Source: Thermoplasmata archaeon (GTDB lineage Archaea > Thermoplasmatota > Thermoplasmata > Lutacidiplasmatales > UBA184). Taken from it: a DNA stretch of 64,000 bases. Location: the NCBI GenBank assembly GCA_050749465.1, contig JBOGRO010000015.1, forward strand, positions 42,341 through 106,340. The letters are read 5' to 3'. The translations under genes were made by a program, and so were the position numbers. How positions within the stretch are numbered: the first letter of the stretch is position 1; each line of letters starts with the position of its first letter. Under the pieces are notes generated by a model. The model was given only the letters and a program-made list of their open reading frames with translations. It ran no database searches and was not told where the DNA came from. Positions 54,216 through 63,426 of the stretch are shown piece after piece.

Positions 54216-55189
54216 CGGTGGATACCGAGGATCCTCGACCCCTCGGGAGCGACCCGGAAGGGAAGGCGCTGCATCGGCGACAGGGCAGCCGCTATTTGAC
54301 GGCTACGTTCGGGCGGGTGCACGAGGAGAAGAAACCCGCCCCCGCCGGCCCCGGTGACCTTGCCGCCGTAGGCGCCGGCGGCCTTCGCGCGCTCGAACCG
54401 TTGGTCGATGTCGGGGTTCGAGATCCCGGCCGAGAGGCCCCGCTTTAGTTGCCAGCCCTCGTCGAGGACCCGACCCAGGCGCTCCCCGTCGTGCTGCACG
54501 ATCGCCGAGCGGGCCTCCCCGGCGAGCTCGCGCATCCGGAACAGCGATTCCTTGTTCTGCTCGGTCCGGGACCCCTGGTCCTTCAGGATCCCCTCGGCCT
54601 TGCGTGTGACGCCGGTGTAGTAGAGCGACAGATGGTCGCTCAGCGACTCGCGGTCGGCTGGCGAGAGCGGGAGCGGCGTCGACCGCACGGACTCGTCCGG
54701 CCGGAACTCGAAGTGCTGAACGCCACCGAACGCCGCGATGTACTGGTCCTGCTTCCCCGCCCTCCCCCCGAGCGTGTCGATCTCGATCTGGCACGCCTCC
54801 CGCGCGAGCTCCACCGGGTCCTTCAGCACCCCGCGGAACGCGTAGAGCGCGTTGAGGAGACCGACCGTGAGGCTCGACGACGAGCCAAGGCCGGTCCCCT
54901 CCCCGGGGATGTCGGCGATCGTGTGGATCTCGAGCGCCTCGAGGACGCCGGTCGCCCGCATCGCCTCCCGAACGAGCTCGTGCTGGAGGTCGCCGAGCCG
55001 GTCGACGTTCTCGGTCCGCGTGTAGGCGACCCGGATCGACCGGTCGAACTTCTCGTTCACGATGACGTGGACGAACTTGTCGACCCCCGCGCTCACGACC
55101 GATCCGCCGCCGTACTGGCGGTAGAACGACGGGAGGTCGGTCCCCCCGCCCGCGAAACTGATGCGAAGCGGCGTGCGGGTGATGATCAC
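54212..55189 (-). CDS. hddA: GHMP-family sugar kinase, probably D-glycero-D-manno-heptose 7-phosphate kinase (HddA-like).
   Basis: The GHMP ATP-binding motif is PGEGTGLGSSSSLTVGL and the N-terminus is IITRTPLRISFAGGGTDLP. Start set at GTG 55189; the upstream Arg-rich extension to 55291 would overlap XPD. Confidence 0.7.
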   Translation of the reverse strand: MIITRTPLRISFAGGGTDLPSFYRQYGGGSVVSAGVDKFVHVIVNEKFDRSIRVAYTRTENVDRLGDLQHELVREAMRATGVLEALEIHTIADIPGEGTGLGSSSSLTVGLLNALYAFRGVLKDPVELAREACQIEIDTLGGRAGKQDQYIAAFGGVQHFEFRPDESVRSTPLPLSPADRESLSDHLSLYYTGVTRKAEGILKDQGSRTEQNKESLFRMRELAGEARSAIVQHDGERLGRVLDEGWQLKRGLSAGISNPDIDQRFERAKAAGAYGGKVTGAGGGGFLLLVHPPERSRQIAAALSPMQRLPFRVAPEGSRILGIHR

Positions 55190-55215
55190 GGACCCCGGAG
55201 CGTGCGACCGCCTCT

Positions 55216-57237
55216 TTAGTCGTTGTGCCCGGGGACCGGGGCGGTCCCCCCGCGCTCGGTCCCGGGCGCGTGGCTCGCGGTGCGAGACCAACGGGCGCGC
55301 CGCCCGTAGAACGCCCGCGTCGTCGCGGCGAGGTCGCGGATCGGTCCGAGGCCGGGCAGCAACGACTCGAACGACGCCGCCCGGCGGTCGAGAATGATCA
55401 CGATGCCGCGATCATGCTCGGAGCGGATCATCCGCCCGCAGGCCTGGAGGATCGCGCGCCCGGCCGGCGCTTCGACCGTGTACTCCCAGCCCTTACCGGT
55501 CGTCGAGTCGAGGAACCGGCGGAGCGCCTCCTGCTTCGCGCTCGGTCGTGGGTACGGGATGCCGACGAGGACGACGGCCTCGAGCTCCTGGTTCGGGTAG
55601 TCGATCCCCTCCGCGAGACGGCCACCGGCAACGCCGAGCAGGACCGTCCCTTCGGGGTCCTTCTTCCACCCCTCGATCGAGCGCCAGAGGTCGCCCATCG
55701 GGAGCTTCGAATACTCGATGAAGACGTTCCCGGGCAGCTGCGACTGGAGGCCGGCCGCGAGGACCCGCTGCATCAGGTCGAAACTCGGGAAGAAGACCGC
55801 CGTCTTGACCGGCAGACACTCGAGGACCTGGACGAGGCGGTCCGCGAGCCGGGGGATCGCGCGGGGGTCGGCCCGGAGCTCCTCGAACCGGGTCGAGACG
55901 CCGGGGTCGTAGAGGATCTTGCGGTGCTCGGGCGGGAAGTGCGACGGGACGTCGAGGAGGCGCGCGCCCGCGCCCAGACCGAGCGAGTCCCGGTACTCGG
56001 CGAGCGGCGCGAGGGTCCCGGACATGTGGACCGAGAGATGGCAGTCGAGGATCGGGGCCGCGGGGGCCGACGCGTCGAGCGAGTACGCTTCGAGCGCGGG
56101 GCGCGGCAGCCGGGTCGCGACCTTGACGTACCCCGGGGGCTCGAGCTGCGGCCACGAGAGCAGCGTGAGCGCGACCGTGTGGACCCACGAGCGCGGCAGG
56201 TGGCGCTCCCGGCGGCGCTCCTCGCGGAGGCTCTCGCCCCACGTCGCGAGCGCCCCGAGCCAGGTGTCGAGCCGCTGGCTCGTCCCGCCGAGGGCGGTGA
56301 GGAGCGCGTCTTCGAAGACCCCGGGCGGGAGGACGGCGTCGTCCTCGCGGGCGAGCGCCTGGATCAGCTCCTCGACCGCGGCGCCGACGATGTCAAAGAG
56401 GCGGGTCGCGCTCGGACCCTCGGGGAGCTGGAAATCCCCGCGCTCGTCGACCTCGGCGCGCGCACGGCGGACCGACTCCTGCGGCAGCGCGACGGTCGTG
56501 AGCTCGCGGAGGTGGTTGGGGAGGTTGTGGGCCTCGTCGACGACGAGGTCGACCCGCTCGGGACCGACGCCGAGCCAGTCGAAGAGCGAGCGGCGGATGT
56601 GGGGGTGGAAGAAGAAGGCGTACGGCGCGGTCACGATGCGGGCGTGCGGGACGAGCTTCTTCGACAGCTCGTACGGGCAGAGGTTCTCCTCCCGGCAGAA
56701 CGACTCGAACTCGGTCGGGTTCGGGAGCTTCGCCGAGAACCGCTCGATGAGCCCGTCCAGGTCCGACTGGAGGACGCGGGCGTAGTACGGGCAGCCGTCG
56801 AGGTCGGTGAGGTCGATCTCCCCTCCCTCGGGGAGCTCGGTCGGGGGCGCGAGCGGCGCTTCCCCCTGCATCGCGCGCTCGGTCGCCCGCTTGCGGTCCG
56901 CGCACAGTTTGCCGTGCTCCTCGGCGGTCGCGCCCTTGACCTCGGCGACGTTCTCGAGAAGGAAGCACCGGCCGGCCCGGCCCTGGAGACCCACGGCGAG
57001 AATCGGTCGCTCGAGTCGGTGCGCGATCGTGCGCGCTTCGTGGAGGACCTGCACCTCCTGGGAGTGGGTACGGACAAGGTAGACGATCCGGTGGTCGGCA
57101 CGGGTCGCGTGCTCGAGGAGCGGCGCGAGCACGGCGACGGTCTTGCCGGTGCCGGTCGGCGCGTTCACGAGGAGGGGGCCGCCCCGCGCGGTGAGCTCGT
57201 TGACCTCGCGGAGGATCGACTCCTGTCCGGGGCGCAC
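55216..57237 (-). CDS. XPD/Rad3-family Fe-S DNA helicase (superfamily 2).
   Basis: Walker A (NAPTGTGKT), DEAH box (VVDEAHNLP) and four Cys for the Fe-S domain between the helicase motifs. 673 aa. Confidence 0.85.
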   Translation of the reverse strand: MRPGQESILREVNELTARGGPLLVNAPTGTGKTVAVLAPLLEHATRADHRIVYLVRTHSQEVQVLHEARTIAHRLERPILAVGLQGRAGRCFLLENVAEVKGATAEEHGKLCADRKRATERAMQGEAPLAPPTELPEGGEIDLTDLDGCPYYARVLQSDLDGLIERFSAKLPNPTEFESFCREENLCPYELSKKLVPHARIVTAPYAFFFHPHIRRSLFDWLGVGPERVDLVVDEAHNLPNHLRELTTVALPQESVRRARAEVDERGDFQLPEGPSATRLFDIVGAAVEELIQALAREDDAVLPPGVFEDALLTALGGTSQRLDTWLGALATWGESLREERRRERHLPRSWVHTVALTLLSWPQLEPPGYVKVATRLPRPALEAYSLDASAPAAPILDCHLSVHMSGTLAPLAEYRDSLGLGAGARLLDVPSHFPPEHRKILYDPGVSTRFEELRADPRAIPRLADRLVQVLECLPVKTAVFFPSFDLMQRVLAAGLQSQLPGNVFIEYSKLPMGDLWRSIEGWKKDPEGTVLLGVAGGRLAEGIDYPNQELEAVVLVGIPYPRPSAKQEALRRFLDSTTGKGWEYTVEAPAGRAILQACGRMIRSEHDRGIVIILDRRAASFESLLPGLGPIRDLAATTRAFYGRRARWSRTASHAPGTERGGTAPVPGHND

Positions 57238-57386
57238 CCGGTACGGAAACAGGAGGGACGGTTCGTTCGCGGGGGCCGCCGACGGCGTCGTGGGTGCTCC
57301 GCCCCGTTCGAGCCGCCCGGGAGGGTTTTAAGCTGCGCCTTCACAGGAACGGGGCCCCCGGGGGGAACCCGGGACCCGGCTCCGCG

Positions 57387-57707
57387 TCAGCCGAACGCGT
57401 ACCGGACGCCGTACGGGCCGCGCGGCAGCGTCCAGGTCACCGAGCCCTGGTCGCACGCGATGTCGCACGCCCCGCACTCGACGCAGTCCTCGTAGCGGAA
57501 GACGAGGCGGCCCTCGATACGCTGGTAACACTGCGCCGGGCAGGCGAACGTGCAAAACGAGTGCGGGCACTTCGCGCAGACCTCGGGCTTGACGGTGATG
57601 TGAGCGTGGTCCTTCGAGTCGGTCGTGTAGCGCAGCGTGCCGAGGCGACGCTTGATCTCCACGAACTCGACCGCGGTGGGTTGGGCGGGCGCGATCCCCT
57701 CGGCCAT
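57387..57707 (-). CDS. FixX-like ferredoxin (4Fe-4S ferredoxin-like protein).
   Basis: Contains CAKCPHSFCTFACPAQC...CVECGACDIAC. Internal ATG; the upstream 81 codons are Ser/Arg-rich. Confidence 0.75.
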   Translation of the reverse strand: MAEGIAPAQPTAVEFVEIKRRLGTLRYTTDSKDHAHITVKPEVCAKCPHSFCTFACPAQCYQRIEGRLVFRYEDCVECGACDIACDQGSVTWTLPRGPYGVRYAFG

Positions 57708-57726
57708 CGTCGCTCGCGGCCGCCCC

Positions 57727-58671
57727 TCAGGCCCGGCCCCTCGCGAGGACCTCGAGGTCCCCGCGCACGGCAGCAACGCTCGCGGTGAACGCGGCGCGCT
57801 CCGCCGCTGTGAGGTCGATCTCGACGACCCGTTCGACCCCTTGCCGTCCGAGTACGACCGGGACCCCGATCGTGACGTCACGCTCCCCGAACTCGCCGTT
57901 GAGGTGCGCCGCGACCGGCACGAGGCGGTGGGCGTCGGTGGCGATCGCAAGGACGAGCTCGGCCTGCGACGCCGTCGGGGCGTAGAAGGCGCTTCCGGTC
58001 TTGAGCAGGTTGACGATCTCCCCGCCCCCCTGCTGGGTCCGGGTGACGATCGCGGCGATCCGATCCGCGGGCAGAAGCTTCGACAGCGGAACTCCGCTCA
58101 CGCTGGTCAGCGAGAGGATCGGCACCATCGTGTCGCCGTGCGTGCCGAGGACGAACCCGGTGACATCGCGCGGGGCGACGTGCAACGCGTCGGCGACGAA
58201 CGTGCGGAAACGCGCCGTGTCGAGCGTCCCCGACTCCCCGAAGACCCGGGAGGGCGGAAGGCCGCTCACCTCCCGGAAGTAATGCGTCATGACGTCGACG
58301 GGGTTCGTGACGACGATCACGACCGCGTTCGGCGCCCTCGCGCGGACCGCCTCGGCGTGCCCCCGGACGATCGCGGCGTTCTTTTCGAGGAGGTCGGAGC
58401 GGCTCATGCCGGGCTTCCGCGCGAGGCCGGCCGTCTCGACGACGACGTCCGCCCCTTCGATCGCCTCCAGACTCGTCGCGCCGGTGACCCGGGTCGCGAA
58501 GCCGAGGATCGGGGCCGACTCCTGGATGTCAAGGGCCTTTCCCTGCGGGAGCCCCTCGATGATGTCGACCAGCATGACCTCGCGGGCGAGGTCCATCTCG
58601 GCGAGGCGCTGCGCGAGCGACCCCCCGATGTTCCCGGCGCCGAGCACGACCACTTTTCCGAGCTGCCCCAT
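57727..58671 (-). CDS. mdh: Malate dehydrogenase (LDH-like family).
   Basis: VVVLGAGNIGGSLAQ is the Rossmann motif. IVVTNPVD, and the GTHGD region is also present. Confidence 0.9.
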   Translation of the reverse strand: MGQLGKVVVLGAGNIGGSLAQRLAEMDLAREVMLVDIIEGLPQGKALDIQESAPILGFATRVTGATSLEAIEGADVVVETAGLARKPGMSRSDLLEKNAAIVRGHAEAVRARAPNAVVIVVTNPVDVMTHYFREVSGLPPSRVFGESGTLDTARFRTFVADALHVAPRDVTGFVLGTHGDTMVPILSLTSVSGVPLSKLLPADRIAAIVTRTQQGGGEIVNLLKTGSAFYAPTASQAELVLAIATDAHRLVPVAAHLNGEFGERDVTIGVPVVLGRQGVERVVEIDLTAAERAAFTASVAAVRGDLEVLARGRA

Positions 58672-58791
58672 GCGACTCCCTTACGCGGCCGCCACCGGCC
58701 GGACGGCTTAAACCTGACCGGCCCGGGGGCGCGCGACCGTCGCCCCCGCTCCGCCGAAACCTTGATTCTTCCGCGCGCCGGTCCGCTGACG

Positions 58792-59043
58792 ATGGTCGAC
58801 ATCGACTCGGCGTTGCTCAGCGTCCAGGAACGTGACAACTGGCGCCGAAGGATGGATGTCCTCGAGCACACGCTCGCAGAGGTCCGCGAGCAGCGGGAGC
58901 GCCTGCGGATCCGGCTCCGCCGGGTGCGCAAGGAGCTTTCCCGGCTGCGGGCGCGCGCCGACGCGATCTTCGACCTTTCCCGACCGACCCAACCCCCGGA
59001 GATGACCCGTGTCCCGTCGCCTTCTGCACTCCGCAATCGATAG
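58792..59043 (+). CDS. Hypothetical small coiled-coil protein (83 aa).
   Basis: Heptad-like helix (LAEVREQRERLRIRLRRVRKELSRLRARADAIF). It lies in a 590-bp gap between mdh and panE, outside the mdh coding span. Confidence 0.35.
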   Translation: MVDIDSALLSVQERDNWRRRMDVLEHTLAEVREQRERLRIRLRRVRKELSRLRARADAIFDLSRPTQPPEMTRVPSPSALRNR

Positions 59044-59239
59044 GCACGAGACGCTTCTCGCGACCCAACGCGAGATCCTCGCCGAGCTGGCCCGAACGCG
59101 CCGGGAGGAGGAGTACCTCGTCCTCAAGGTCCGTCAGGCGCGGGAGCAGGTACGCTACTACGAACGCCTCCTCGCGATGCTGAAGCGCGACTGGGACCGA
59201 GATCCCGCGCTCTCCTCGTTCGTCCGCCGCCTCGGTTGA
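59009..59239 (+). CDS. Hypothetical small coiled-coil protein (76 aa) overlapping the previous ORF in another frame.
   Basis: Contains LAELARTRREEEYLVLKVRQAREQVRYYERLLAMLKRDW. GTG start; 35-nt overlap with ORF 58792..59043. Confidence 0.35.
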   Translation: MSRRLLHSAIDRHETLLATQREILAELARTRREEEYLVLKVRQAREQVRYYERLLAMLKRDWDRDPALSSFVRRLG

Positions 59240-59258
59240 GTGCCTACCGCGGGGTCGC

Positions 59259-60212
59259 GTGAAGGTTCTCGTCGTCGGGGCCGGCGCCGTCGGCTCGGTG
59301 CTGGGTGCCCGGCTCTCCAGCGCCGGCCACGAGGTCGAGCTCCTGAGTCGTCCGGCGCATGTGGCGGCGATCCGGGTCGACGGCCTCCGGCTGGAGGGGG
59401 CGGGGGGCGGCGTCTTCCGGCCGAGCGCGATCACGGACTTCGCGCAGGCGACGCGCCCGGACGTGGTTCTCCTGACAGTGAAGACCCCAGACCTCGGGGC
59501 CGTCGCCACGAAGCTCGGCGCGCGGTTTCCAACGCTCGTTCCGACGCTCCTTCCCCAGAACGGCCTTACCGCCGAGTCCCTCGTCGTCGGTCCGCTCCGA
59601 GCAGCCGGCGGCGCGGACCCGGGTCCGTGGCTCGTCCGCGCGGTGAACTCGATCCCGGCGACGCTCGTCGCGCCGGGCGTCGTCCGTCTCGCCGGCGACG
59701 GGGAGATCGTGCTCCGGGACCCTGCGGTCGCGACGCCGTCCTCGACGTCGATCGCCATTTTGCGCGACCTCCTCGCGCGGACCGGGATCCGGGTGCGGCT
59801 CGTGCCGGATCTCGAGCGGGAGCTCTGGCGGAAGGCGCTCATCAACGCCGCGGTCAACCCGGTTACGGCGCTCGGCGGAGTGGTGAACGGTCGCCTCGGC
59901 GATCCCCCCTATCGCGACGAGGCCCACACGCTCCTGCGCGAGGCGCAGCGCGCCGCCGCGCTCGCCGGGTTCCCGTTCTCCGACGCCGACGCGGACGCGG
60001 ACCTCGAGCGGGTCATACGGGCGACCGCCGAGAACCGCTCCAGTATGCTCCAGGACGTCGACCGCGGCCGGTCCACCGAGGTCGACGCGATCTCTGGCGA
60101 GATCGTGCGGACGGCCCGCGCGCACGGGGTCGACCTGCCCGCCACGCGCGCGGTCGTCGTGCGCCTCGAGGCGCTCGCGCGCGCGAGGGCGGGCCGGACA
60201 CAACCGTCTTAG
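59259..60212 (+). CDS. panE: 2-dehydropantoate 2-reductase (ketopantoate reductase).
   Basis: MKVLVVGAGAVGSVLGARL is the Rossmann motif. ApbA/PanE-like, 317 aa. Confidence 0.8.
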   Translation: MKVLVVGAGAVGSVLGARLSSAGHEVELLSRPAHVAAIRVDGLRLEGAGGGVFRPSAITDFAQATRPDVVLLTVKTPDLGAVATKLGARFPTLVPTLLPQNGLTAESLVVGPLRAAGGADPGPWLVRAVNSIPATLVAPGVVRLAGDGEIVLRDPAVATPSSTSIAILRDLLARTGIRVRLVPDLERELWRKALINAAVNPVTALGGVVNGRLGDPPYRDEAHTLLREAQRAAALAGFPFSDADADADLERVIRATAENRSSMLQDVDRGRSTEVDAISGEIVRTARAHGVDLPATRAVVVRLEALARARAGRTQPS

Positions 60213-60235
60213 GGGCCCCACCCTCCCTCCGTCCG

Positions 60236-61417
60236 ATGGTCGCGAAGCGCGGGCTCGGCGGCGTGGCGCTGCGGGGTCGCCGAGTCCTGCTTCGCGTCGA
60301 CTTCAACGTCCCGCAGGACGCCTCCGGTCAGGTCGCCGACGACCGCCGCATCCAGGAGGCACTGCCGACGCTCAACCATCTGCGCACCGCGGGTGCCCGC
60401 ACGATCCTCCTCAGCCACTTGGGTCGACCCGAGGGCCACCGGGACCCGCGTTTCTCGCTGAAGCCGGTCGCCCGCCGCTTGAGCTCGATCCTCGGCCAGC
60501 CGGTGCCGCTCGCCGATGACATCATCGGGATCCACGCGCTCGAGCAGTCCACGCGGGTCGAGAACGGACAGTTCCTCATGCTCGAGAACCTGCGTTTCCA
60601 CCCCGGCGAGGAGGCGAACGACCCCGGGTTCGCGAGCCAGCTGGCCCACCTCGGCGAGCTGTTCGTGGAGGACGCCTTCGGGGTCGTGCACCGCGCGCAC
60701 GCGTCGACTGTCGGGGTGCCGAAGCACCTGCCCTCCGTGGCCGGCCTACTCGTCGAGCGAGAGGTCCGCGAGCTCTCGCGCCTCGTCGACGGCCCCACAC
60801 GGCCGTACGCCGTCGTACTCGGAGGCGCGAAGGTCGCGGACAAGCTCCCGCTCCTCCAGAGCTTCGCCGAGCGCGCCGACTCGATCGTCCTCGGCGGGGC
60901 GGTCGCGTTCCCGTTCCTGGCCGCGGGCGGCGCTTCGCTGGGCGCGACCCCGGTCGAGTCCGGGCTGGACGACGCGGTCGCGGCGGTCGCGAACGCGTTC
61001 GCCGCGCACGGGACGGAACTCGTGCTACCGTCCGACGTCGTGGTCGAGCGCCCCGGCGCGCCCGGCGCGGAGACGTACCCGCTGGGATCGATCCCGCCCG
61101 ACGCGATCGCCCGAGATGTCGGCCCGGAGAGCCGGCGTCGCTTCCTCACGGCGCTGGGGACCTCCCGAACGGTCTTCTGGAACGGACCGCTCGGCCTCGC
61201 CGAGGACCCGCGGTTCGCCGACGGGACTCGAGGCGTGCTCGCCGGGCTCGGGAGCGTCCCCGGCTATCACGTCGCCGCGGGGGGAGACTCCGCCCGCATC
61301 GCCCAGGAGCTCGACGTCATCGGGAGCTTCCAGTTCGTTTCGACCGGCGGTGGGGCCGCCCTTGAGTTCGTCCAGGGCCGCTCGCTCCCAGGGCTCGCGG
61401 TCCTCCCCGACGCGTAG
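60236..61417 (+). CDS. pgk: Phosphoglycerate kinase.
   Basis: Contains RVDFNVP, LSHLGRP, VLENLRFH and AVVLGGAKVADKL. It is the internal ATG of the 725-aa ORF 59240..61417, whose 5' part is an antisense artifact. Confidence 0.9.
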   Translation: MVAKRGLGGVALRGRRVLLRVDFNVPQDASGQVADDRRIQEALPTLNHLRTAGARTILLSHLGRPEGHRDPRFSLKPVARRLSSILGQPVPLADDIIGIHALEQSTRVENGQFLMLENLRFHPGEEANDPGFASQLAHLGELFVEDAFGVVHRAHASTVGVPKHLPSVAGLLVEREVRELSRLVDGPTRPYAVVLGGAKVADKLPLLQSFAERADSIVLGGAVAFPFLAAGGASLGATPVESGLDDAVAAVANAFAAHGTELVLPSDVVVERPGAPGAETYPLGSIPPDAIARDVGPESRRRFLTALGTSRTVFWNGPLGLAEDPRFADGTRGVLAGLGSVPGYHVAAGGDSARIAQELDVIGSFQFVSTGGGAALEFVQGRSLPGLAVLPDA

Positions 61418-61745
61418 CTCGGGACGGCGGCCGCGACGCGCGGTCGAGCGTGTCGGTCAGGTAGGCGAGGTAGTCCGGGGCCGCGCGCGGCACGTCCAGC
61501 TCGAGGATCTCGGGGACCGAGTAGGGGTGACCGTCCGCGAGGAACCGAAAGAGCGCTCCGACCCGCTTCGGGACGGTCTTGAAGAGAACGAGCGCCTCCG
61601 ACTCCGCCCGGACGGCGCCGCCCCACCAATAGCGAGAATCCACCGGCACGACGCTCCCGCACGCCGCGAGGCGGCGGGCGACGGCATCGCCCACCGCCGC
61701 GAGCGCCCGCTCGCGGCTCGGGTACGTGGTGACGACGATCCGCAT
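61317..61745 (-). CDS. cutA: Divalent-cation tolerance protein CutA.
   Basis: CutA1-like: MRIVVTTYPSRERALAAV...WWGGAVRAESEALVLFKT. Internal ATG; it is convergent with pgk and overlaps its 3' end. Confidence 0.7.
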   Translation of the reverse strand: MRIVVTTYPSRERALAAVGDAVARRLAACGSVVPVDSRYWWGGAVRAESEALVLFKTVPKRVGALFRFLADGHPYSVPEILELDVPRAAPDYLAYLTDTLDRASRPPSRATRRGGPRALGASGPGRTQGRPHRRSKRTGSSR

Positions 61746-61783
61746 CGGGCCCCGCGCCCATTCGGGGTCGGCGGGGAACGGGG

Positions 61784-63295
61784 TCACCCCCCGACCTCCG
61801 AGCGAACCGGGTCGCCGTCGGAGAAGTCGAGGCTGACGAGGTCGAGCGTCGCGAGGTCGACGACCGCCGCCCGCGCCGGGACCGGGGAGATGTTGCGCAT
61901 CCGCTGGTACTCGGTCTCCGCCTGCCACGTCGACGTGTTCAGGAGCAACACGCCGCGGTACCGATCGGCCCCGTAGGTGTGGACGTGGCCCGTCACGAGG
62001 ATGTCCGGCGCCGGGTCGATGACCAGCCCGTCACGCGGAAGTGGGGCGAGCGGCGTCCGGTCGCCGTAGATCGGCGCGAGGTGGCGCATCTGGAGCATCC
62101 GCTTCATCACGTCGGTGGGGCGGGCGTACGACGCGCCGGGGAGCGCGGGGATGAGGTCGTCGAAGCTCCGACCGTGGTACGCCTCGACGACGACACCGTT
62201 CAGCGCGAACGTCGACGGGTTCGCGAGGGAGTGGACGTTCGGCGGGAACGACGCGGTGAGGGCGGCGGGCAGCGCCGGCTGGGGTTCGGCGGGGCAGACC
62301 GCGTCGTGGTTGCCCGGGACGACAACGATCGTCAGGCGCTCGGGCAGTTCCGCGAGGCGACGACCGAGCTCGGCGTACTGCTCGACGACGTCCGGGATCG
62401 CGAGATCGCGCTCCTGTTGCGGGTAGATCCCGATCCCGTCGACGAGGTCACCGGCGACGACGACGTGGTCGATCGCCGCCGCGAGCTCGGCGTCCGGGCC
62501 GTGCCCCCGCAGGAAGTCGACGAGGTGCTCCCAGCTCTCGGTCAGGAACGAGCGGCTTCCGACGTGCAGGTCCGACAGGAAGATCGCCCGACGTGGTCGG
62601 GCGGCGCGACCGACCGTTCGGGTCGCGGGGACGTCCGGGCGTTCCACCGCGACCGCGCGCGGGAGCCGGCCGGGATCGCGCGCGAATTGCAGTCGCAGGC
62701 CGACGACCTCGTCGGGCAGGAACGTGGAGCGCGCCGCGGGCGAGTCCTTCGGCACCAGGACCTCGAGCGATCCGCTCTCGTCGTCGACCGTGAGGAGGAG
62801 GTGGCGGTGCTTCGGCGTCGTCCGGACCTCCCGCACGAGCCCGAGCACGGACGCGCCGCCTTCGACGGGCTTGAGGCCCGCGACCGGACGCAGGTTGGGA
62901 AGCTCGGGCCGGCCGCGCAGCATCCGCGCGAGCGCGCGGTACCGCGAGTGAAAGAGCGCGGAGTACGCCGCCAGCGGATCGGAGGCGACGGGCGGGCCGG
63001 AGAACCCCTCGCGGAGCAGCTCGAACGGCGCCTCCACGCGGACGTCCCGCGACCGGGCGACCTCGCGAAGCATCCCGTCGATCCTCATCGCGTACGCGGG
63101 GGCCCGCTCCGCGAGCGCCGACTCGACCATCTCGCGCGTCACGAACGGGGAGTCGCCGGTCCGTTCCTCGACGAGCTCGCGCGACAGGAGGAGCGGCTGA
63201 TGGTTCGCGAGCAGCAGCTGAAGCGCGCCGGCCTCGACGAGCTTGTGGTGCTCCTCGAAGTAGGCGACCAGGTGCTCGCGCAGTCCCTGGGCCAA
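61784..63295 (-). CDS. polB1: DNA polymerase II (PolD) small subunit DP1.
   Basis: Calcineurin-like phosphoesterase motifs (LSDLHVGS, GDLVD, GNHD, GHVH) plus an N-terminal OB domain. 503 aa. Confidence 0.9.
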   Translation of the reverse strand: MAQGLREHLVAYFEEHHKLVEAGALQLLLANHQPLLLSRELVEERTGDSPFVTREMVESALAERAPAYAMRIDGMLREVARSRDVRVEAPFELLREGFSGPPVASDPLAAYSALFHSRYRALARMLRGRPELPNLRPVAGLKPVEGGASVLGLVREVRTTPKHRHLLLTVDDESGSLEVLVPKDSPAARSTFLPDEVVGLRLQFARDPGRLPRAVAVERPDVPATRTVGRAARPRRAIFLSDLHVGSRSFLTESWEHLVDFLRGHGPDAELAAAIDHVVVAGDLVDGIGIYPQQERDLAIPDVVEQYAELGRRLAELPERLTIVVVPGNHDAVCPAEPQPALPAALTASFPPNVHSLANPSTFALNGVVVEAYHGRSFDDLIPALPGASYARPTDVMKRMLQMRHLAPIYGDRTPLAPLPRDGLVIDPAPDILVTGHVHTYGADRYRGVLLLNTSTWQAETEYQRMRNISPVPARAAVVDLATLDLVSLDFSDGDPVRSEVGG

Positions 63296-63426
63296 CTGGT
63301 TCCCTCCCGCGAACGCGCGGGGCCCGAGGGCGGAGCGGGGCCGCGGTCGCTTCCGGACGGGGCCGAGGCCGAACGGGTTATTTCAAGCCTTGCGCGGGGA
63401 ACCTCGCCGGGGCTCGCGCCGGACCC

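Noticed and set aside
57637-58791. Plus-strand ORF 57637..59043 upstream of its internal ATG (the part antisense to mdh).
   Set aside because: It is antisense to malate dehydrogenase. Only the distal 83 codons (58792..59043), which lie outside mdh, are retained, and those only as a low-confidence small ORF.
63296-63426. Possible replication origin (ORB elements) next to the PolD small subunit gene, since oriC often neighbours cdc6-polD in Euryarchaeota.
   Set aside because: The 130-bp spacer is GC-rich with no ORB-like repeats or AT-rich unwinding element. The adjacent partial gene shows no obvious Orc1/Cdc6 AAA+ or winged-helix features in the 190 aa visible.
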